Notes under the pieces: model-generated
Told to the model about the DNA's origin: nothing
The model's input: only the letters and a program-made list of their open reading frames with translations
Database searches by the model: none
Assembly: GCA_965216495.1 (NCBI GenBank)
Contig: OZ244163.1
Coordinates: forward strand, 683,361-747,360
DNA: 64,000 bases
Source: Acidimicrobiia bacterium
Lineage (GTDB): Bacteria > Actinomycetota > Acidimicrobiia > Spongiisociales > ZC4RG35
Direction: 5' to 3'
Program-made: the position numbers and the translations under genes
Shown: positions 50,501 to 58,674 of the stretch, piece by piece
Position numbering within the stretch: the stretch's first letter is position 1
How the letters are laid out: each line of letters starts with the position of its first letter

Positions 50501-50912
50501 CTGCGATCTGGTCGGCGAGCATGTATTTGAGCTCGTCTTCGAAGGCATCGGCGTCAGTGGCGTCGGCGAAATAGCCGCCCTTCTCACCCCAATGCCTCCA
50601 GGTCTTGGCAAGCCGATCAAAAACTTGCTTGGCGGACCGCTCCGGTCCGGTGACCGGGTTTCCTGAATCGTCAAGGATGGCGTTGCCGTCGCCGTCGAAC
50701 TGGGGGACTCCAGCCTTGCGGAAGTACTTCGAAACCATGATGTCGGATGCGACCTGGCTCCATCCGGCCGGAATCTCGGCATCGGTCATCTCAAAGACCA
50801 CAGATCCGTCGGGGTTCACGATCTTCGAGTCTCGTGTCGTCCACTCGAAGTTTTGGTAGGGGTTCTCACCTGTCTGGGTGAACCGTCGGGTAATCCGTAA
50901 GCCTTTGCTCAT
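47547..50912 (-). CDS. nrdJ: Adenosylcobalamin-dependent (class II) ribonucleoside-diphosphate reductase
   Basis: Full-length class II RNR signature (...[21 protein letters not shown]...) with a C-terminal Cys-rich tail [26 protein letters not shown]. Start is the ATG at 50912 ([11 protein letters not shown]). Confidence 0.95.
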   Translation of the reverse strand: [1121 protein letters not shown]

Positions 50913-51023
50913 ACTGCAGTGCCTCCTCGCACACTTGCCGTCCCGAAACCGCCTGGTCCGATTGTCGGGAATACGTCCATTGCCAATACCAACCACAAGA
51001 TGTTGTGGCATGCGGGGAAGTGG

Positions 51024-51041
51024 CCACTACATATTGTATGG
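51024..51041. promoter_or_regulatory. NrdR-box-like palindrome upstream of nrdJ
   Basis: ccACTACATATTGTATgg loosely matches the NrdR consensus acaCwAtATaTwGtgt. A second palindrome, TGTAATTACA, lies at about 51052-51061. Confidence 0.45.
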
Positions 51042-51117
51042 ACTTCAATACTGTAATTACACGCGTGTGATGCGTCAACTACCAGAGTTTTCCACAGGTA
51101 GCAGCGTCTGAAACGCT

Positions 51118-51188
51118 CGGGGGAAGCGGACGCGGGACACGACCGGGGGAAGCGATTTGCACCCTAGACCCAACGGGAAGCGATTGAC
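51118..51188. repeat. Three direct repeats GGG(GG)AAGCGATT in the nrdJ far-upstream region
   Basis: cgGGGGAAGCGgA (51118), ccGGGGGAAGCGATTTGC (51145), acGGGAAGCGATTGAC (51175), spaced 27-30 bp apart. Confidence 0.5.
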
Positions 51189-51223
51189 CAGCTGTGCGAC
51201 TGTCGCGTTTTCGCGACTACTGC

Positions 51224-51775
51224 TCAGCTCTCCTCGATATCAACCTCGAGTTTCCCATCGTGCCATTCGACCCGTATCTCGAACTCGTATTCCTCAGACT
51301 CGAACGACACCCTCACCTTGGGTGGGCCTGCATCCTCGAGTTCGGTTTCGAACCCGGCGGCCGGTGTCGCTGACACAAATTCGACTTCTTCCGGACGATG
51401 GCGGACCACCACCGTGCCACCGCCCGTAGGAATCGTTCGCAGGGTCCATTCTTCGGTTTCGGTGGTTGTGGGTGATGGCGATGGAGACGTTGCCGGAACT
51501 GTGGTTGGCGGTGACGTAGCAGGAGTGCTCATCGTGGTCGTGGTCGACGAGGTGGGCAAGGTATCGAAAGTGGTGGAGGTGGAACCGACGATGCTGTTGT
51601 CGACGGTGGTCGAAGTCGAGGCAGATGATGTGGGGAGTGGGTCCGCCACCACCGTTGCCGGGGGTGCGTTGAGTCGGCTATCGGCGGCACGCACAATCTG
51701 CCAGGCGAAGCCTGTTGTGATTATCAGAACGAGCAACCACGCAGCGACCAGCTTGGCGATATTCACGAGTTCCAT
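51224..51775 (-). CDS. Secreted/membrane-anchored protein with S/T/P-rich linker and C-terminal PepSY-like domain (paralog A)
   Basis: N-terminal TM (LVAAWLLVLIITTGFAW), a T/S/P-rich linker, then a C-terminal ~70-aa domain ...KVRVSFESEEYEFEIRVEWHDGKLEVDIEE. Confidence 0.55.
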   Translation of the reverse strand: MELVNIAKLVAAWLLVLIITTGFAWQIVRAADSRLNAPPATVVADPLPTSSASTSTTVDNSIVGSTSTTFDTLPTSSTTTTMSTPATSPPTTVPATSPSPSPTTTETEEWTLRTIPTGGGTVVVRHRPEEVEFVSATPAAGFETELEDAGPPKVRVSFESEEYEFEIRVEWHDGKLEVDIEES

Positions 51776-51868
51776 TCTCGCCGCCGATTGGCAAACGTTT
51801 ATCAAACCAACCTCAAGGTTTTATCAAGGGCACTGGTTCTTTGGCGCGTCGCAGATAATCTCGGCGTT

Positions 51869-52552
51869 GTGGCCCAGATCGTTCTGATCGAAGATGACGT
51901 ACAGATTCGTCAACTTGTCGCCCGGTCTCTGGCCGACGGTGGCCACGATGTCGAGTCGGCAGCCGCGGCGCTCGAAGGGTTGGAGCTGGTGGTCAAGGGC
52001 AACCCCGACCTGGTGATACTCGACCTTGGTCTGCCGGATCTTGATGGCACCGAATTGCTTCGAATGATCCGCGCGGTGAGCCAGGTGCCGGTGATCATCG
52101 TGACTGCCAGGGGAGCTGACGACGTTGTCGTCAAGACCCTCGACGCCGGTGCTGATGACTATCTGGTCAAGCCCTTCTCGATGAGTCAGCTCGAAGCCAG
52201 GATCCGCGCCATTCTGAGACGAGGAGCCGGGGAGGAGCAGGAAGGCCCCATCCAAATCGGCGCTCTCGTTCTCGATCGGCGGGCACGGACGGTGGTGCTT
52301 GACGACAAGCCGGTGGAGTTGAGCCCCAAGGAGTTCGACCTGTTACACGTTCTGGCTGACCGAGTGGGCCAGGTGGTCAGCAAACGCGACTTGATGGCAG
52401 AGGTCTGGCGGGAACCTTATGGGGGCTCGGACCGGACGCTCGACGTGCATCTTTCGTGGCTCCGCTCCAAGCTCGGAGAGTCGGCATCGAATCCGGTGTA
52501 CATCCACACGGTCCACGGCGTGGGTGTCAAGCTGGTGGACCCGACCAGTTGA
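51869..52552 (+). CDS. OmpR-family two-component response regulator
   Basis: Receiver (...VLIEDD...LVILDLGLPDLDG...) plus winged-helix output. The GTG start at 51869 gives ~227 aa. Confidence 0.85.
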   Translation: MAQIVLIEDDVQIRQLVARSLADGGHDVESAAAALEGLELVVKGNPDLVILDLGLPDLDGTELLRMIRAVSQVPVIIVTARGADDVVVKTLDAGADDYLVKPFSMSQLEARIRAILRRGAGEEQEGPIQIGALVLDRRARTVVLDDKPVELSPKEFDLLHVLADRVGQVVSKRDLMAEVWREPYGGSDRTLDVHLSWLRSKLGESASNPVYIHTVHGVGVKLVDPTS

Positions 52553-53826
52553 GGAGTCGGCTGCGTTGGATGAGCCTGGCGACGACATCCCTGGTCGTCG
52601 TCTCCCTCATCGTTCCTCTCGCCCTCCTCGTGCGCCGTCAGGCCGAGGAAGGTGCCGTGTCCGACGCGGAGTTGCGTGCCTCTTCGATGGCGTCGCTTAC
52701 CGCGCTCGCAATGGCGGTCGACCCAGCTCCCGACTCGGTGCGCAATGCACTCGGGCCGCTACCGGCGGGGACCATTGTGGCGCTGCCTGACGGCCAGACC
52801 CTCGGCACAGCGTTCTCTGCCCAACCGAGCCTCGCCGAGAGGGCGGCTACCGACGCGGCCACTCTTTCGGAGATGGTTCAAGGCGGATGGGAGGTGGCGA
52901 TACCCGTGGTGGCCAGGAGTGGTGTTGCTGTTGTCGACGTATTTGTGCCTATCGAAGACCTACGAAGCGGTGTGTCGGGAGCTTGGAGTCTTCTTGCATT
53001 GCTGGGAGTCGGATTGATTGCGGCTGCAGCTGTGGTTGCCGAAGCCCTCGCTCGACAGTTAGCGCGTCCGATGGCCACGGTTGCCGGGTCGGCGCGGCGA
53101 TTGGCCGAAGGAGACCTGGACGCTCGCGTCGAGGTCGACGGTCCCGGAGAAATTCGTGACGTTGCCGCTGCTTTCAACTATCTGGCCAGACGTCTCAACG
53201 AATTGCTAGCGGAGGAAAGGGAGTCGATGGCCGATCTGTCACACCGACTGCGAACGCCCTTGACTTCGCTACGTCTCCAGGCCGACTCTCTGAACTCCGT
53301 CGATGAAAGACAGGAGATGCTTGTTCAGGTGGATCGTTTGGAGGGTGCCGTCAGTGAGCTGATCGAAACTGCCCGGTCTCCCGGAGCGCGCGAGGCATCT
53401 TCCGTCGTCTTGGATGAAGTGGTCCGCTCAAGAGCGGCGTTTTGGAAGGTTCTTGCCGACGAGCAAGACCGTGCGATGGAGATCTCGGTCGGAAGCGGTG
53501 GCGCATCGGTAGGGCTCAACCAGCCTGACTTGGCCTCTCTGATAGACGTCCTCGTCGAGAATGTCTTCAGTCATACCGAACCGGGCACCGGCTTGGGTGT
53601 GAGAACGGGTGTGAGTGGCCGGGGTGTCTATCTCGAGGTGGTTGACGATGGTCCGGGGATTCCGGCATCTGTGATCCAGCGTGGAGTCAGCGGCGGGGGT
53701 TCAACGGGTCTCGGACTGGATATTGCTCGACGACTGGTGGTCTCGGCTGGAGGAACGTTGGACACGGACGACCGCCAGGGAGGGGGAGCGATCGTCCGTG
53801 CAACCTTTGGGGAATCAGTCGTCTGA
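52549..53826 (+). CDS. Two-component sensor histidine kinase
   Basis: Two TM segments flank an external domain, followed by HAMP, the H-box (...MADLSHRLRTPLTSL...) and the ATPase G-boxes (GTGLGL). The start overlaps the response-regulator stop. Confidence 0.85.
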   Translation: MRSRLRWMSLATTSLVVVSLIVPLALLVRRQAEEGAVSDAELRASSMASLTALAMAVDPAPDSVRNALGPLPAGTIVALPDGQTLGTAFSAQPSLAERAATDAATLSEMVQGGWEVAIPVVARSGVAVVDVFVPIEDLRSGVSGAWSLLALLGVGLIAAAAVVAEALARQLARPMATVAGSARRLAEGDLDARVEVDGPGEIRDVAAAFNYLARRLNELLAEERESMADLSHRLRTPLTSLRLQADSLNSVDERQEMLVQVDRLEGAVSELIETARSPGAREASSVVLDEVVRSRAAFWKVLADEQDRAMEISVGSGGASVGLNQPDLASLIDVLVENVFSHTEPGTGLGVRTGVSGRGVYLEVVDDGPGIPASVIQRGVSGGGSTGLGLDIARRLVVSAGGTLDTDDRQGGGAIVRATFGESVV

Positions 53827-54456
53827 GTCGTCGTCCTCGTCGTCTGAGTCGTCGTCCTCGTCGTCCTCGTCGTCTGAGTCGTCGTCCTCGTCGTCCTCGT
53901 CGTCTGAGTCGTCGTCCTCCTCGTCCTCGTCGTCTGAGTCGTCGTCCTCATGGTCCACTTCGATCTCGATCGACACGGCGCCGTGTTCGAACTCGGCTTC
54001 GAATTCGACCTCGGTGTCGCCTCGTGACCATTCCAGCTCGATCTTGTCGGGTTCAAGCTCCTGACTGTCGAGGTCCCACCCTGGAGCGGAGAAGTCGACG
54101 AGAACCAGGCGGCCGTTGCTGACTTCGATAGTCACCGACCCCACACCGGGCACTTCGCAGGTCCGCGGGCCGAAGTCTTCCACTGGATCGTCGTCCATGC
54201 TGGTCGAGGTGGTGGACTCGATGGTTGTAGACGTGGTTTCGCCCTCGGTCGTCGATGTCGTGTCTTCAACAGTTGTCGAGGTGGTGTCGTCGTCAATCGT
54301 CGAAGTGGTTGCCTCCGATGTCGAAGTGGTGTCCTCGATGGTCGACGAGGTGCTGACCGAAGGTGAATGATCCTCGGACGCCCAAGCGACTCCGACGAGG
54401 AGTAGCGCCACTGTGAGAGCGGTCAACAGTCCGATGGTTTTGCTGAACATGGCCAT
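53815..54456 (-). CDS. Secreted protein with S/T-rich linker, PepSY-like domain and poly-acidic (DDDSDDEDDE)n C-terminal tail (paralog B)
   Basis: Signal/TM (LLTALTVALLLVGVAWA), a T/S/E/D-rich linker, and the domain ...KIELEWSRGDTEVEFEAEFEHGAVSIEIEV paralogous to 51224-51775. A ~43-residue acidic repeat tail follows. The 3' end overlaps the histidine-kinase gene convergently by 12 bp. Confidence 0.6.
   Translation of the reverse strand: MAMFSKTIGLLTALTVALLLVGVAWASEDHSPSVSTSSTIEDTTSTSEATTSTIDDDTTSTTVEDTTSTTEGETTSTTIESTTSTSMDDDPVEDFGPRTCEVPGVGSVTIEVSNGRLVLVDFSAPGWDLDSQELEPDKIELEWSRGDTEVEFEAEFEHGAVSIEIEVDHEDDDSDDEDEEDDDSDDEDDEDDDSDDEDDEDDDSDDEDDDSDD
53822..53950. repeat. Tandem ~36-bp coding repeat (gtcgtctgagtcgtcgtcctcgtcgtcctc)n
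   Basis: About 3.5 near-identical units encoding DDDSDDEDDEDD on the minus strand. The plus-strand poly-Ser ORF over it is an antisense artefact. Confidence 0.8.
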
Positions 54457-54531
54457 GTCTCCTTGGTTGAGGCACAGCCAAGTCTTTCGGACTGGGTGTC
54501 AGGGGCGCTTCAGGGAAGTCTCAAGATGATG

Positions 54532-55191
54532 TCAACGTGCGGGATGGTCCCAGGAGTCCTCTGGGCGACCGGTATCGACAGTCCATCGAGGGAGGAAGAA
54601 CTGGACGATTGGCCCAATCAGAAGCGCGAAACCGATTGTTCCGATCCCGAACGTTCCCCCGAGAAGGATGCCGATCACCAATACGACAACCTCCATGACC
54701 CATCGGGTCAGACGAATCGAAGGTCCTCTTCGCGCGATTGCGGTCATCAGGCCGTCGCGCGGCCCCGGACCCAAGTTGGCGCCGATGTATAGGCCCGACG
54801 CGATACCCACTAGGAGAATGGCGACTCCAGACATCGCGATCTGGCCGACGGTTGTCGCCGGCTTGGAAACAACGGCCGAGGTGATGTCGATGAACGCCCC
54901 AATCAAAATGGCGTTGAGCAAGGTGCCGATGCCGTAGCGCTCACGGAATGGAATCCAGAGAAGGAGGATGACGAAGGAGAGGAGGATCGACCAGACCCCC
55001 ACCGTCAGGCCGAACTGCCGGGTGAGTCCCTCCCCGAGCACATCCCACGGCGGCAACCCCTGCCCCGATTCGAGCATCAACCCGATGCCGATTCCGAAAA
55101 GGATCACCCCTACGAGAAGTTGTGCCAGTCTCCGATTCCGGTTCAGGCCGGATACCGGGATGAAACTTATCAACGGCCTTTCACTCGTCAT
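54532..55191 (-). CDS. YitT/DUF161-like integral membrane protein
   Basis: 219 aa and polytopic, with ...GIGIGLMLESGQGLPPWDVL... like the YitT/YczE family. Confidence 0.55.
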   Translation of the reverse strand: MTSERPLISFIPVSGLNRNRRLAQLLVGVILFGIGIGLMLESGQGLPPWDVLGEGLTRQFGLTVGVWSILLSFVILLLWIPFRERYGIGTLLNAILIGAFIDITSAVVSKPATTVGQIAMSGVAILLVGIASGLYIGANLGPGPRDGLMTAIARRGPSIRLTRWVMEVVVLVIGILLGGTFGIGTIGFALLIGPIVQFFLPRWTVDTGRPEDSWDHPAR

Positions 55192-55235
55192 CGGCGAGGG
55201 ACGGTAACAATGGAACCAAACGTCAAGGAGCCAGA

Positions 55236-55919
55236 TTGACCACAGACTTCACCATCAAGGACCACGCCGGCAACGATTGGACGCTTTCGGAGTACTTTGA
55301 CGCTGCAGCAGTGATCATTTTTCACCGAGGCGACTTCTGAACGTACTGTCACGGCCAGTTGGCCGTCATGGCAGAACGTCATCAGGAATTCCTGGATGCA
55401 GGGGCTCGCGTGTTCAGTGTTTCGGTAGACACACCCGAGATGAACGCCGCGGTAGTCGAGAAGCTCTCCCTTCCGTTCCCCTTGCTTTCCGATCCGAGCA
55501 GGGAGGAAGCCATCACTCCGCTCGGCTTCGCAGACGAAAAGGATCCACGCCTGATTTCTCTGCCCGGCACGGTGATCTTTGCGCCAGGTGGTGCTCGGGT
55601 CTTCTCCACCACGGGCAGCGATTTCGCCGATCGACCCCACGAGGACGACCTTCTCGAAGAGGTCAGGAAGCTGGAGTTGCCACCGACCTCGCAAGCAGCT
55701 CCAGAGCGTGGCAAACCCGAACCTGGGCCGAAGGCCGTCCCTTTCGAAGCTCTGAAGCGCTATATGAGCGGCGCCAAGTTCGCGGTTCTGGTCATGAGAC
55801 GGCGCCACCGTGAGCTGGGCGAGGAGTTCAGGGATGACGCCAAGAGGTACGTTCAGATGCTGGAGCGTTACCTTTTTGCTCTAGAGGCGGTTGAAGGGCG
55901 ACGATCAAGGAGAACATGA
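55236..55919 (+). CDS. Peroxiredoxin/redoxin-fold (AhpC-TSA/Bcp-like) protein with in-frame TGA at the redox motif (UxxC): candidate selenoprotein, or alternatively a nonsense-disrupted CxxC gene
   Basis: AAGGAG RBS (55225-55230) with a 5-nt spacer before the TTG at 55236. N-terminal ...TTDFTIKDHAGNDWTLSEYFDAAAVIIFHRGDF-[TGA 55338-55340]-TYCHGQLAVMAERHQEF... fits the Prx thioredoxin fold. There are no other stops through 55919. Without read-through, a conventional ORF runs 55359/55368-55919 and lacks the active site. Confidence 0.55.
55351..55366 (+). other. SECIS-like stem-loop 11 nt downstream of the in-frame TGA
   Basis: ACGGCC-AGUU-GGCCGU has a 6-bp GC stem and a GU-containing apical loop. 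Its position (loop ~17-22 nt after UGA) matches bacterial SECIS geometry. Confidence 0.4.
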
Positions 55920-56638
55920 CGGCTCGGACCCAGCTTTTCGTTACGTGCCTGGTGGACGTTCTCAGGCCGGGGGTCGGCAAGGCCACCACCAAGGTCTTGG
56001 AGTCCGCTGGGTGCGCCGTGGAGTTCCCCCGTGATCAAGGTTGTTGTGGTCAGCCGGCGTTCAACGTGGGTATGTGGGACGAGGCCCGCACCATGGCAGC
56101 GCAAACTCTGGACGTTCTTGACGAGACCGAAGGTGACATCGTGCTTCCTTCCGGCTCCTGCGCCGCCATGATGGTTGCCCACTACCCGACCCTGTTTGCG
56201 GGATCCGAGCGAGAGGAGCAGGTATCTCGGGTAACGAGCCGGGTCTACGAACTAACGCAGTATCTCGTCGATGTGCTGGACGCGCCCGTCCATGCCGACT
56301 GTGAAGGATGCGATGTCGCCTATCACTACTCCTGTCACGGTTTGCGTTCTCTCGGCCTCAAGGACCAGGCGGATTCTCTCCTCGAGCCGGTGCAGCGCGC
56401 CGAGCTTGCCGAAGACGACGTGTGCTGTGGGTTCGGCGGCGTCTTCTCCGTGGAGATGCCCGCCGTGTCGGCGGCGATTCTCGAGCGAAAGCTGGACAAC
56501 ATCGTCGATTCAGGGGCCACCGTTGTCGTTGGAGGTGACGTCTCTTGCCTCGTTCACATCGAGGGCGGTTTACGACGACGGGACGCCGAGATCGAAGTCC
56601 AGCACATAAGTGAGATATTGGTCAGCGACGATGGCTGA
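55916..56638 (+). CDS. lutA: L-lactate utilization protein LutA (Fe-S oxidoreductase, CCG-domain)
   Basis: MTARTQLFVTCLVD...CCGQP...CCGFGG cysteine-rich CCG motifs. The start overlaps the Prx-like stop (ATGA). Confidence 0.85.
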   Translation: MTARTQLFVTCLVDVLRPGVGKATTKVLESAGCAVEFPRDQGCCGQPAFNVGMWDEARTMAAQTLDVLDETEGDIVLPSGSCAAMMVAHYPTLFAGSEREEQVSRVTSRVYELTQYLVDVLDAPVHADCEGCDVAYHYSCHGLRSLGLKDQADSLLEPVQRAELAEDDVCCGFGGVFSVEMPAVSAAILERKLDNIVDSGATVVVGGDVSCLVHIEGGLRRRDAEIEVQHISEILVSDDG

Positions 56639-58031
56639 TCCTGTCAGGTTTCTCTCTAGGGCAGAGGCGCTGATCGGTACCAGCGAGGCGAGTGCCGTGT
56701 CACACGGCGCCTTGACCCTCTTCGACAAGAGGAACCGAGCCGTCGCCGAGTTTCCACTCATGGAAGAGATGCGTGACCGCACGCGCGCCATTCGTCTTGA
56801 CGCCTTGCGACACCTCGATCGTCATCTGGCTTCATTCGCCGACAATCTCACGGCTGCGGGCGGTCAGGTCCATTGGGCTGCTGACGCCGCCGAGGCTCGG
56901 TCGATAGTGGCCGAGATTCTCGATGCTGCTCAGGCTCGAACCGTCGTGAAGTCGAAGTCGATGGTTTCAGAGGAAATCGAACTCAACCCTGCGCTTTTGA
57001 AAGCGGGTAAAGAGGTCGTAGAGACCGACCTAGGCGAGTTCATCGTTCAACTCGCAAATGACACGCCGTCCCACATCATCGCACCCGTTCTCCACAAGAC
57101 GGCGGCCGACGTCGGACGGCTCTTCGAAGAGAAGTTGGATGTTCCTTTCACCGACGATCCGTTCGAGCTCAATCGGATTGCTCGACGGCATCTGAGGGAG
57201 ATATTCCTCCGTGCCGATGCCGGTATCTCAGGAGTCAACCTGGCAGTTGCCGACTCCGGTTCGGTGGTCTTGGTCACGAACGAAGGGAACGGAAGGCTGA
57301 CGACCTCGGCTCCTCGCGTTCACATCGCACTAATGGGCATGGAGCGAATCGTGCCTACGTGGTCGGATGCCGCCGTTGTGCTCGAGACCCTTGCGCGGTC
57401 GGCGACCGGCCAACGGCTCTCGGTGTACACCAACGTGGTCACCGGTCCGCGGCGCTCCGACGAAGCGGATGGACCCGAGGAAGTTCACGTCGTGATCATC
57501 GACAATGGCCGGTCCGACGTCCTGGCTTCTGCCACTGCAGAGATCCTTGCGTGCATTCGATGTGGCGCTTGTCTCAACGCTTGTCCTGTCTTCCGCTCAG
57601 CCGGAGGGCACGCCTACGGCACCGTTTACTCCGGTCCCGTGGGCTCGGTGCTGACTCCGGGCCTGCTGGGTAGGGATCCTTGGTGGGATCTGCCGTACGC
57701 CTCGACGCTTTGTGGTGCCTGCGAGGAGGTCTGCCCTGTTCGGATCCAGATTCCGGACATGCTGCTCGAACTACGCCGACAGGCGGCGGCGGAAGGTCGT
57801 CTGCCTGCCTGGCTAGATAGAGGCTTACGCAGGTACGCCTCCACGGTGACCAAGCCGAGCAGCTGGGCTCGAGCAAAGCGATGGTCCCGACGTCTGGGAT
57901 GGCTGATGTCAAAGGACGGATGGATCGGACGCTTGCCGGGGCCCGGCCGGGGATGGTCAGAATCTCGGGATTTCCCGGAGCCTGCGTCAGAATCGTTTGC
58001 CGACTGGTGGGAGGCACATCGTGAAACGTGA
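56630..58031 (+). CDS. lutB: L-lactate utilization protein LutB (4Fe-4S cluster-binding, LUD domain)
   Basis: CIRCGACLNACPV and CGACEEVCPV ferredoxin motifs plus a LUD/DUF162 region. The ATG at 56630 overlaps the lutA stop. Confidence 0.85.
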
Positions 58032-58674
58032 AGCCTTCCTCAGCGCGGTGTCGCGATCGAGCATGGCTAGTCGGCTCCCACAGGCGAAGACGATGAGTGA
58101 CGAGTTGCCCGACTATCACACAGACGACCTGGTGACCCTCTTCCGAGTCAATGCTCAGGCAGTGAACGCCGTGGTCCACGGTCCTGTGAGCAGGCACGGG
58201 GTGCCACGGTCTGTCCTTGCCATTGCAGGAGGGCACCAGGTCAAGACCTTCATGTCGTGGGACGACCTGCCTGCCGCCGGTGTGAACGCAAGCCTTGTGG
58301 CGGAGGGTTACCGAAGGGTGGACCACGAGGTCCCGAACGACCGGCGGAGCGAACACAACCTGGCATATGCCGAACTCGACATGGGGGTTACCGGCGCCGA
58401 TGCCGGTCTGGCCCAGAGTGGGAGCGTGGTTCTGCTCCATGGGCCGGGACGGCAGCGAATGGCGTCACTCATCCCCGAGATCCACGTCGCGATTCTCGAC
58501 GTCGAGTTGCTTGCCATGACCCTTGCCCATTGGTCGGCCGTCAATCCCGACGCCTTGGCGGGTACGTCGAATCTGGCAATTGTGACTGGCCCCAGTCGGA
58601 CTGGTGACATCGAACAACAATTGAACCTTGGTGTTCATGGGCCGCGACACGTGCATATCGTGTTGTCGAAATGA
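58021..58674 (+). CDS. lutC: L-lactate utilization protein LutC (LUD domain)
   Basis: The GTG at 58021 overlaps the lutB stop. LutC-like pattern, ~217 aa. Confidence 0.75.
   Translation: MKREAFLSAVSRSSMASRLPQAKTMSDELPDYHTDDLVTLFRVNAQAVNAVVHGPVSRHGVPRSVLAIAGGHQVKTFMSWDDLPAAGVNASLVAEGYRRVDHEVPNDRRSEHNLAYAELDMGVTGADAGLAQSGSVVLLHGPGRQRMASLIPEIHVAILDVELLAMTLAHWSAVNPDALAGTSNLAIVTGPSRTGDIEQQLNLGVHGPRHVHIVLSK

Noticed and set aside
50913-51223. Cobalamin riboswitch upstream of nrdJ
   Set aside because: No B12-box-like sequence. Class II RNR uses B12 as cofactor and is not normally B12-riboswitch repressed; NrdR-box-like palindromes explain the region better.
53681-54064. Poly-Ser ORF (SSSSSSESSSS...) on the plus strand
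   Set aside because: It is the antisense translation of the tandem acidic repeat of the minus-strand secreted protein.
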